Positions 10,393-21,800 of a stretch of DNA of 64,000 bases are shown in pieces. The DNA comes from Macrostomum lignano. Lineage: Eukaryota. Position numbers and translations under genes: made by a program. The stretch covers positions 62,001 through 126,000 of the forward strand of contig NIVC01000190.1 of NCBI GenBank assembly GCA_002269645.1, written 5' to 3'. Each line of letters opens with the position of its first letter. The first letter of the stretch is position 1. The notes beneath the pieces were generated by a model. It saw only the letters and a program-made list of their open reading frames with translations, was not told the origin of the DNA and ran no database searches.

Positions 10393-13236
10393 CTGAAATA
10401 AATTAGAAAGTTAAACAAGTTTACTAATATTGACTTTTCCTTAAAATTTTGATAAATAAAAGTGCTTATAACTTAGCACATAAACAAAATTACAATAATC
10501 ATTTTTTAAATCAACAACTATAGCTGTTTCTGTACATCCTATATACTGATCTTCCTTATTGCTTTTATTCCTTAAAATAAAACAATTATAGCTATTGCAG
10601 AACATTTAATACCATACCTTTTCAAGCTCGACTTTGGCAAAAGTGACTTCAATTTTGGCAGCCCATAGAAAAAGCATATGCCTGCCAGCAACATGTCTAT
10701 GGTCAACTGTGGTAGAATTGGTTAAAGCGTGCATTCAACTTTGGCAAGTGAGCAAATTTTGCTAAGTTAAAGTATTCAAATCATTGAAGGGACTTAAGAG
10801 CTCCCCTGTAAAAGTGAAAACTTTCATGTTAAATTTAGCTCCTGCCACCCAACCAAAATGTGGAAATGGCATTAACAATATATGCTAATGCTAGAGTCCC
10901 AACTTCTAGGGACTTTGAAACTTCCAGGGACTCTTTCAATATGAAACTATAAATACTCATTTATTTCAACTACTGTAACCCTATTAAATCAATAGCTACA
11001 ATGGTCTTTCAATTCTCAATTACTAGATACATAAACTAGGTATGTTGCCATAACTAAAAACATACCTGTATCCATATGCTTTGCCAAAAAATCTCTATCT
11101 ATAACTTCCTATAGCCATATCCATAGCTATAGCAGAACTCTACACTTAATTGACATACTTTATTGGCATTGGCATATTTTTTATTAGATAGCTAAATACT
11201 TTCTAGCTTTTAACAGTTTGCAATATGATATAGAATATGAATACTAATAGAACAAAATAAGAAATACTTAGTAGTTTAGCTAGGAGGGGAGATAGGGATA
11301 TATCTTTTCTCATTTTGATGATTATTAGAAAATTAAAATGAGATTTTTTAATAAAAGCAAAATAAACTGGCTATATATTTACCAAAAATACTAAAAATGA
11401 TATCATAAAAAGTTTTTCACTTATGAATTATAATTAAAATGTTTTAAGTAATTATTCTATGAATCTAGAATTTCCTAAAATTCTGTAGTCTAGGCAAATA
11501 TCTGATGGCTTTTATTCTGATATCAACAAATTTTGTTTTTTATCCTATTAGTGTTAAAATAGTACTTGTACTTTTAAATGCATATATAAAGTAAAACATT
11601 ATAGAAAACTACTTCATTGGACTGTAACTAGATATAGAAAGTATATGTTTCTAGAACTATACCATATTGCAGGTATAGTATATGCTGGAAAATTCTGGAA
11701 TATAAATGCTTTGGCTAATATACATTTGGTATACAAAGAAGAAATACAAATTCATTTTAGCACAATCATTGGCTTACAACTCTTAACTATATTTATTCAA
11801 GCTTATGATGCAGCATACAAAAGCATAGAAGAATTTAACATCATTACATAAATTATACTAAACAACCCTTTGCTATAGTAAAGTTAATTTCTCAAAGATG
11901 ACAATAAGTTAGCTTTTTAAAGAATATACATTTTTTTACAGTTAAGAAAGTATTAGTAAACTAGTAAAGAATGTATTCAAATCAATAATACACAAAACTA
12001 TTTTGTTTTATTAATTTTTGTTATTTTGAAATGATTTAGGTTTTATTATTCTGCAGCAACTATTTGCTAGGTCTATTGCTTGTTGAATTGTTTTTATGCT
12101 TGTTAATCACACAATTTTATTGGCATACAATTTATTAGAACACCTAATTAATAGGCCTATACTTTATTGGCATATACTTTACTAGATAGCAGAGTATTTT
12201 CTAGTGTATATATAACAATCTGCAATATGGTAACTATAACCAACTAAAGTCAAAGGTTAAATCTAAATCTATAATAAATGTCAGAAAACATCACATTATT
12301 TTTGTTCCTTTGAGACAATCAAAATTCAATTGAGATTTAGGATTATTCCTAGACTTAATTAATATCTAGTAGGCCTATTTATACTATTCTAGTTTCTAGG
12401 CCTTGTGGCCTATCTATCAATGCTAATAGTAATAATAATATTAGGAGGAAAGGGCTTCAATGAGATTTTGAATTTTAAAAGTTCAAAAACTACAGTATCT
12501 TGTCTTGATATAATATAATAGAATACTGAATAGGGTCTACTGCCTAGACTAGACTAGGCCTAAGACTAAGAGCTTGATTATATGAGTAAAGACACTTTAC
12601 TTTCAAAAATTTGGCCTAGGCTAGGCCTAAGGATTGCAAAATCTTAGACTTTAACAATCATAGGATCCTGGGATTTAATCTTAGAATTTGGCCAATCCCA
12701 GCATTCAATCCTAAGTTGGAATTTTAAGCCAGGCAAAATATGTGCTAAACATTTTTTGCTTCTATTGTATTTTTATAAAGCCTATGATCTATTTGGAGAT
12801 AGAATACAGCATCATCTTGTGACATATTTAAGTAAGTAGTATGAAAGTATTAGTAATAATGAAGCATATAATGTATCAAAATTTATACTAAAATAAATTT
12901 TACACATTAATTTGTAATATAGGGTTTAAAAAGGTCCCACACCATATGAGGCAATTATTAGAAATTATCATAGTATAATAAACTAATTATATTTATATTA
13001 TAAAACTTTTTATAAAAATAATAACAAAAATTTGTCCCAGGATTTGGGACCCCAAATCCTAGGTTGCCAATGGTGGCATATCTCTAGTTGGGGGGGGGGG
13101 GAGGGAGATGCAATGTTGGGTGGTCACCCCCTTGCCCCCTAGTAGACAAAATGAGACTAAAAAAGGAGTAAAAGGTTATTTGGTGCATTGCAATACCACA
13201 AATGAGGCATAATAATGAAGTTTTAAAACTGCAGAC

Positions 13237-14022
13237 GGCTCATTCCATATAAGCATGGTCGTAACATGACAGGTTATTTTTACTTATAAAATGAAATCTA
13301 ATAATAGAATATACTAAACCAATATTTTAAATGAAAGATTATTTTGTCTAGAATATATTTATAGAGTTTCATATAGATATCATCATTAGTATAGATGCTA
13401 TTAAACCTTAAATGACACTTATGGTCGTAACGACAGGATTTTTGACATATAGAAACTAAAAGGTAAAAGTCTTATAACATTTTTCATTTTTGATATTTTG
13501 CAATACATTTTTTAAATTTGACTAAGAACATCTTTAGAAATCATACTCTTTTATTAGAATATATAAACTCAAAAGGCAACAAAGATACAAAAGAAAAGGC
13601 AGCCTTATGGTCGTAACATTATGGTCGTAACATATTTTTTTCTGTCAATTCAGTAACTTTGAGGTACTAATACATTAAAAATATAATAGATTATTTGGTC
13701 ACCAATGCTTTTATCTGATGATGCAAGTACTATACTTTTATCTATAGTTTGTTTCAACCTTCAAAAGCTTTCTATTTGTTTTTAAAAGGTACAAAATCTT
13801 AATGATGTCTTTTGCTTCGAAAAATGTCCAAATTTTTACAAAAATGACTTTTTGCCAATTGATAACATACTAATCCAACATTTTACCATTCCTTTATTCT
13901 TAGATTGTATATATTGCACAATATAAACATTTGGTAAAAAAATAGGCTAATTAGGCAATGGCAAGCAAAAATATTGACTTTTTTCTATTTTCCAAATATG
14001 TCCATCTTATATGGAATGAGCC
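13237..14022. mobile_element. 786-bp non-autonomous TIR DNA transposon with 4-bp TSD (Sola2-like?)
   Basis: Perfect 17-bp TIR GGCTCATTCCATATAAG at both ends. AGAC is duplicated at 13233-13236 and 14023-14026. Internal repeats of ATGGTCGTAAC; no ORF. Confidence 0.8.
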
Positions 14023-14539
14023 AGACGGTGTCCGGCGCACTTTTGGAATTTTTCTAAAGCGAGGGCAGCTGCGCCTGTGCGTGTGCTGCCCTTTCTTACT
14101 GGCTGCTACTTTAGCAAATACATATATATGGAAATGGGTATAATACCTCTATGGAAGGGGCTTATACTCTTGTAATTTATTAAGCTAATGTTCTAAAAAT
14201 TCAATTTTAATTTTTCAAAATTTGAAATTTTTTAGAGCAAATTTCAATTTTAAAAAAAATTTAGAAGTGAAAATTTTGGTAGTGTCTAAAAATTTGCTAA
14301 AAATATTTCTACTACATATAAATGTATTACTGTTTGCTTAAGCAGTAAATTGAAAGTGAAAAACTGAGTGCTGATCATACTAAACTTTATTTTTCTGAAT
14401 TATGATTTTGGGAAATTTTGATTTTGATTTTGGAAAGTTAGTGAATTTTGATTTCGATGAAACTGCAGATCTTTTGGAACATCTCTAAAAATCCTAAAGC
14501 GTGGTAAAATAGTTTGACTCTTTTCTAAAGTGCATATCC

Positions 14540-14850
14540 GCGGGTTTTCAACATTTATTCCAATAGGGCCCTACCCAATTGGGCCAAGCTGCAGAGCCTA
14601 TCTATCATTCTGCGCCGGCGACAACTTCAATTGGCGGGTCATGTGATCTGGGCCAAGGGCTTCTGCCCCCAACCTATTCAAGACATCCTGCTGCTCACCT
14701 TGCAGGATCCATTTAGGCGGGGTCAGGCCTGAACCCGTCAATACATGGACTGCCTGCTCTTGCACTCTAGGGCACCCGACACTGCCAATAGAGTGGACTT
14801 TATTTGTTCCCAGGCTCTGAAGTGTGCCATCTGACACGGCCTGCTCTAAC
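14540..14850 (+). mobile_element. Degenerate non-LTR retrotransposon 3' ORF2 fragment (RTE-like)
   Basis: Frame reading AKLQSLSIILRRRQLQLAGHVIWAKGFCPQPIQDILLLTLQDPFRRGQA*TRQYMDCLL matches the post-RT 'RRL+LAGHV.R' motif; contains a stop codon. Confidence 0.6.
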
Positions 14851-16744
14851 TGTGACTGTGCATGTGGGGTTGCATATTTTGTATTGTTGTTGTTGTTAGG
14901 CCCTATTGATTGCCCCATTTTTTAGATTTTGAATTGTGTATGCATAAGTGCATTTAGAATACGTACTTATAAAGTCTTATTGAAGTCTTTGGCAATATTT
15001 TGCTCATTGAATTACAGAAATTTACAGTTATTGCATTAAGGAATAAACTTTATAGCAAGTCTGTTTGTCTTGTTGATGAATTCCCTCAGCTTGTTTTAGC
15101 TAGGCCTATTGACAAATTCAATATCAGTCAATTTCTTATTTTAGGTATGTTGACAAATTAATTAGATGCTGATGAATTTGGGGTACCCCAAATCCTGGGA
15201 CTTGGGCCCAATTCCAGGATTGCAATCCCTGAACCTAGGCCTAACCAACTTTTTTATACTATGTATTTTTGCTATTTTTTAATACAAATTTGCCATTAAG
15301 GCTTGTGACCATTTTTACAAAAAACAAAAGGCAAGAGACAATCACAAGACAAGAGTCTATAAGACTGATAATTATAACTTTTTTTATTTAGAATTAGCCA
15401 GCTATAGACCTAGCTATTTGCCGATTTCTTAATTTCGTATGAAATAATGTTGAATAAAAGGGGCGTATGCATGTACTGATGTTAATACTGAAAACGAATA
15501 TTCTGTTTGCCCTGTCAATCTAAGATAGAACACTTCTATCTAGAAGTGTTAAGTCATTAAAGTATGCGATTTCTCTATCTATATGTAATGTAGTCCAGCT
15601 GTTTACGGAAGATTTATAAAAACAAGTTTCGTAGAAAACGAAACAATTGACTAGTTCAAACTAAAAAAAGTGGTATAGCAAACGAGTTACATACCATTTA
15701 CATATTTTTTATCTAGATTTATGCCACTTTTAAAAGCATCAAATTAAATTAAACCAAAGACAGTAACACTTCAGCATACAATACAACCAGCCTTCGAAGT
15801 GACATGATACCTGCGAAGTTTATGAGACTGAATGTTTGGCATCGAATTGTCCGGTATTACATTGTTCAGTTTATTTCTATTTTAAAATAAAAAAACTGTT
15901 AAAATTCAAAGAAAAAATTAAAGTAAAGTGTGAACATTTTCGCTCTACCCCCTGTTTTTAATCTTGCAAAAAATATATATACCTGTACGTTTTTACAGTA
16001 AATGTAAAAAAAATATTACGTTGCCCGGTACTGCTTAGGCACGTATAGCACTTTGCCCACTTCTGAATCAAATAAATTTTCCTAATTCCTGAAAAAATGA
16101 TACACAAACTAAAGCCTAAAAGCCTAAAACAAAGGCTATTGTGTAAAACACCAAAAAGCTGACTGAACCTGATGATATTGAAAAATTGCAACGAATAATA
16201 TCAGCACTGAGCTACTGCGAAAACTTTTACAAAAAAAAATTCGCTTCATTTAAACGCCTCCCACCTAAGAATTAATTGCTTTAAAATGCATTCAAGCATG
16301 CCTCCAGAGGATCGAAGCTGTTCAAACTTTACATTTTAACACAACCGCGATCGACAGCAACCTAATCAAAAGAGGGTCCTAAGGAAATCTTACGAGAAAA
16401 GCATCATACAGCGGATCAATACGAAGCTGTACTAGGCAAGGAAAACCTAATAAACCAAGCTTTTCTTAATTAAAGCAAAGGAACTATGGAATCTCATAAA
16501 GCCTACTACACATGTATTAATTATATATTAGTCAAACAAACTCATGGCATACAAATTGAAGAAAACTTAAATTACACTTCCAAAACTTACATATGTACAT
16601 GTACCAACTAAACGAAGCAAAAAAGACATCAAAACTAACGACAACAGCTTCCATCTTGACAACGCTAAATTTCTCAATATTGCATATTGTATGCCTTCAA
16701 CTCTCCTTTCACATCAGAAGAAATAATGAAACGCATAGAAATTT

Positions 16745-16920
16745 AAAACTAGCAAAGCACCTGGCAAATTAAGACAAAATATACAAGTGCATCATGTAGC
16801 TACGAGCCGTAGATGTCGAAACACTTCTCCATTTGGAGAAGACTTCTCAGAAGCACTATGCCAACTATTCAACAAGATCCTCAGTAGGAACCTATAGCTT
16901 CCCTACCGACTGGATTGCTA
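16745..16920 (+). mobile_element. Degenerate LINE reverse-transcriptase N-terminal remnant
   Basis: Broken reading KTSKAPG...EDFSEALCQLFNKILS..FPTDWI resembles the KAPGxDG...LFNxIL..GxxPxxW motif; frameshifted. Confidence 0.45.
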
Positions 16921-17590
16921 ACACACCTGCTATTGCACCTCTGAAATCTCAGCAATTCGATCCCCTCGTGAGCCACCACAGTAGTTCGCAGGGTCCCTGC
17001 CTTCACCTTTAGGCAACGAATCCATGTAACGACGTATAATGGAGACGTCGACAGGGTCAGAAAACGGGAACATACGAGTAAATATCAGAGTTTGCAGGTT
17101 TCCAAGATAAATGTTTGCATTTCGCCTCAACCCGAAGCCGAAAGCGCAAACTCACAAGTAAAGTATATGTATAGCTGCTACACGTAGATTTCTTATTTGA
17201 ATCTCATAACCTGATCTGAATTTCGCCCAAATAATGAAGTCTGCATGATCGACGACGCTGCTTTTAATATTTGACATGTAAAGTGTCTGTATTTTTGGTA
17301 CTCACACTCCGTAAGGCCCAACTCAGGGCCCATGGGCACTGGTTCTTTTCTGGACATACGGTCGGACAATATTTTGAATTCGAATTCGTAACGGGGGGCG
17401 CTGATTGCTAGTTAATGACACTGAAAAGTTTTCCACTGCACCGATTGACACAACTGCGACAGTATGGCGTCCTGAAGCAAAATACGAATAGTTTGCTTTT
17501 GGTCATAATTTAAGCTTTTGGATAAAGGGTGGGATTGGGAAAAAGCTTTTATACCTGTGAGCCACATGCCTCTCTCGGTGTTGCGGGACC

Positions 17591-18117
17591 CAAGGACGAC
17601 TAAAGTAACGTATATATAAGACGCAAGACTCAAATTTTGTGGAAAATTCGTTGGAGGCCGATTTTCGTAATGGCTTGCATAGCCGAAATAGAAGTAGTTG
17701 CATGCTTTATAATTGTTGCAAGATACAGCTAGGTATTATCGACTGGTGTACAACAGGTGCAGCATTTTAATCTTTTTATAATACATCCTTATTTGATTTT
17801 ATTATATATAGCTAGATACAGAGTTGCACTTACTACCCTGCGAGCTACTTCTGGGCCTACTTCTGTAGATCTAATCTGAAAATTTTCAGCATCTGATACA
17901 TGACTGTACTGTTGACACGCATTTTAAACTGTTAAATTCCGAATTATTCAACTTTTATTGATGTCTTAAATGAAACAACATATGGTACTGCATATTCTGC
18001 GACAAAATAAGCATCTTACGATCAATACGCTCGTAGCGTGGAGATACATTAAAAAATCGGCCTCCAATCAAATTTTCTCCAATTCTGAGCCTTGCGTCCT
18101 TCTACTTGTAGTCCTTG
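17591..18117. mobile_element. 527-bp hAT-type MITE, same TIR family as 25195-48477
   Basis: Termini CAAGGAC.../...GTCCTTG with about 70 bp of diverged inverted similarity (GACGCAAG..CTC..TTGGAGGCCGATTTT). 8-bp flanks GCGGGACC (17583-17590) and GCGGCACC (18118-18125) match 7/8. Confidence 0.72.
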
Positions 18118-18756
18118 GCGGCACCCTTGTGTCACTCGCTACGAGTATCAACAATGGTTTATAAGAAAACATGCAAGGTATATGTAAAGCTTTTTATGAT
18201 CTGGCGAACCATGGGAAGGCAGGAAATATTTCATCAATCTGGTTGAAGAGCACTCAATGTGCCGCCTCTAGTGGCTAAGTTGCCATTGGTTCTCGATTTT
18301 ATTGACCAAGTGCTGAAGTAATGTAGAGCCTTAGTTAACGGAGAACTCAATTTATATTCACATTGCCAAGAGCGATACCGACCCGTGTTCCGGAGAAAAT
18401 GGAATATGAATGTCAACATTTATTCACAGACCTATAATGAATTCTAAGAAATCTGACAAGCTGCAAGCAAGGCCTCAAGCAAAAATATTGTTTCAAATCA
18501 TACAATTTCCATAGATTCTACAGATATCGTCTGGTTGGGCTTATCGAGAGATAATTACCAGCTCTCCCTACGAGAAACTATAAACGGTAAACCAGTCGTC
18601 TTTCACCTGATTATAGCTCTAGGCAACTGTTACAGAGCGCCTGAAGGAACGACTTATTTATAGGTGGCATTATTGAGCAGAAACACAAAAGGAATTACCG
18701 CAGCCCATGAGTGCCATTTAACTTAAGCTTACGCAGGCTTAGAACGAGCATGTATT

Positions 18757-18763
18757 TATAAAA
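18757..18763 (+). promoter_or_regulatory. Candidate TATA box of iGluR paralog 1
   Basis: TATAAAA about 100 bp upstream of ATG 18861; paralog 2 has a similar box. Confidence 0.3.
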
Positions 18764-18860
18764 ACCAAACTTTCTTTGGCTGATTTGAATCCGCGCACCG
18801 CCATTTCTTACAAATGATGCAGACCTCATTGAGCTTATTGCATTGAAACTATTTGTCAGG

Positions 18861-21800
18861 ATGACAACATCAAAGACAGTAAAAGAAGTAGCCTTTGTTT
18901 ACTGGTTAGTAATGGTCGGCTGCTCATCCGCCCTGGACCTGACAGTCGGCGTGATCACGGAGGCCGGAAGCTTGAACAGCTCGCTCATCGACGTCGCCTT
19001 CGCCAGACGGGTCAACTACAACTGGAGAGTGCTGCAGGGCCACACACTCTCATATGTGCATGTCAATGTGAGCTCGTGCAGCTCACACCAGGCTGTCAGG
19101 ACTGGTGAGTTGAAGCATTTGCTACACGACTCAATCGCTGCTCTGCTCAACCTGCTCAATCAATGCACACAATTGAAGCATGAATTGCACGAATGCAAGT
19201 GTGAGTGCGAGCTGTGAAACTGTGCATGTGTCTGTGTGTCTCGCTCCGCAGTGTGCTCGGAGAGCGGCCTGTCATGTCTGATTGGCGTCGGCAGCTGCTC
19301 TCTGCTGGATGAAGTGAGCTCACTGAGCAAGTCTCTGCAGCTGCCGCTGATCGCCCTGCCGACTGGACTGTGCGACTCTGCTCGGCTGAGCAAAGGTAAC
19401 AGAGATGGATGTCTGGTGTCTTTTTACCATTTCTCTAGATGTCTGGTTTTGAAGTAAAAATCACGCGGAATTGCAGACATGACAATCGTGGGCAGCCACA
19501 GCTCAGAAAACATCGTCGCTGCAGCTGCCTCCATTGTTACCTCGGATTCCATAATTAGCAGTGTGGCAGTTTTCTACGATGGTCTGCAAAGTGAGTGCTG
19601 TGAATAAAGTAAAATACGACGTTCGCATTTTCGTTGTATAATCAGACATCATTTTTATCTAAATACACACTTGTGCACGTGATTGTACTCCCACGATGAT
19701 TCAAGTCTGCATTTGGTCACTGCAGGCACAACAGTGCTGCAGAACCTGCAGTCCAGTCTCTCCTCTGCCGGTGTGAGCAGTCTCACATTCCGAGTGGACG
19801 ACACTGTCAACGCTTCTGTTACTCCTGACCTGGTGCACCACCTCAAGCGGCTGGTCAAGAAGAAAGTGTTCAAGCTGCTGCTGTTCGCCTCTCCTCGCAA
19901 TGCTCTCAGTGTGCTCAGGCTCGCCAGGGAAGCTGCAGTGATGCAGCAGAACTACTTCTGGCTCGTGCTCGACACCGGACTGTCCAAGGCCGATGTGCTC
20001 AGCGTGACGCCGGCGAACGCGAACGTCGCTCTGCTGAGAGGCAGCGTGTTCACTGAGTGCACAGCAGCAGTGATGGATGTGTTTCCTCAGTGCCAGACGG
20101 ACTGGCTTCGGGTGAGCGTTTCATGTGTGCTGCTTGATGGCTGCAGGGATTCATCATGCAGCTCCGCACGTGTGCAATGCATGCCACTGTCGCACTCGAT
20201 CTCGCACTCGATCGTCGCATTCGCATTCGACAGACTCTGGACGCTCGCTTCGTAGACGCCGTAGAAGCCATGGCCAAGGCGCTCAACGACTCGCTGCTGG
20301 ATCCGGGATTCTCTCCCGGCAACGCCTCGTGTGCGCCACTGCGCCACTGGACATCGGGCTCGACTGTGCTCAACAGACTCATGAGTGTGAGTGAGCTCAC
20401 TAGCTAGCAAGCATTGACAAGCATTATTAGTTTCGAGCTGGTCTCTCCCCAATCCCTACTCGATGTGCAGATCAGTGACTATGACACTCAGCGAGGCCTG
20501 ATCTCGTTCAACAGCTCGACCAGACACTTCAGCTCGCAACGAGTCGAAGTGGTCGCGTCCTACAATGAGCTGTGGTCGTCTCCGGTCTCGATGTTGAGGT
20601 CGGCTCAGTTCGATGCATCGAGCGGAGCTTTGAGCAAGCTGTTCCGCTACAAAGGAGTCAGCTTGGCATTCCCCAACACCTTCATGGGGTTCAAGAACCA
20701 GACCATCATTGTCTGCTCTCCCGAGGTGTGTGCCTTTACTTCATGAAAAATTTTTTTAGGAACGTAAAATCGTACTTACGTTTTCACCAATAACCTACAA
20801 TAACATACAGAGCGCTCCAATGACTGTATTTGTCGAAAAGTTTCCTAACAAGACAGTAATAATCAGCGGAATGACTTTGAGCATCCTTGAATACTTCTCA
20901 ACGCAGTTAGACTTTCGGTATGGTGATATAATTCTTACATTCGTATTTTTCTTGTTTTTATAAGTGTATGTACTAATTTTATTATGACGAAACGTTGAAG
21001 ATTTTTAACGAAAGATTCGACAGACGGAAACTGGGGCTCGCCTGAAGTCAACTCAACCTACTTTAACGGATGCGTTGGCGAGTTGCAGCGAGGGGTGAGT
21101 AGGTGACCGAAGTTTTTTATGACCTTAATCGATAAATTTCACATGATTTTTTATTGCTACAAACGTCTGCAGCAGTTTCGTAATTTCTTCACAGAGGCCA
21201 GATCTCATATGTTGTTGTTGTTGTTAAACGGGGGTGGGAAGCTACGGGGCTACCCGCGGATCAGCCCTTGGAGGGGCTCTACCGCAAGAGGGCACTGTCC
21301 AGGGGCACAGATAAAACTGTGTACCCGAGATACCCGCTCGGAGTCCGAGTCACCAATTTAGTTGGGCCCCAGCTTAAGCTAGGGAAAGAGCGAGGGACTT
21401 CAAGCCTACGGTACAAGACACCGCCAACCCAACAGTGGAATCAGGGACGGTGCTAGGACCGAGTCCACCCAGGCTACCCCCCAGCAGACAGGTCCTCGGG
21501 AGTGCGCGAAAAACAGAATTGGATTATTACTGAAAAGCCGTCCAAGAGCGGGAAACCCAGAAGTCTTGGAAAGGGCTAACTATTGGAGTGAGTCTGGAAG
21601 GCTTGTTTCCGAGGGGGAGACTCCAGGCGGACATAGCTACACCTCTATTGCTACAACCCCAAGGGCATCGCCTATCCAGCTCATTATTGGGGGCCAGGCC
21701 AAGGGGGGGAGGGGCACAAGGAGCAAGAGGAAACCGGACTCAGCCGGTTTTCCCCGATTCGGGACGAACTTCCTTCCCAGGACTCCAATCCACTGTCAGA

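Noticed and set aside
19105-19217. Read-through of intron 1 giving a secreted truncated ATD with a helical, Cys-rich tail, 'conserved' in both paralogs
   Set aside because: The conservation is explained by the conversion tract, and strong donor and acceptor sites flank it; no independent evidence of retention.
20387-20470. Apparent nonsense mutation (TAG at 20405-20407 versus TGG in paralog 2) suggesting paralog 1 is a pseudogene
   Set aside because: It falls in a predicted 84-nt intron (GTGAGT...GTGCAG, phase 0, pyrimidine tract) present in both paralogs; the spliced frame is open.
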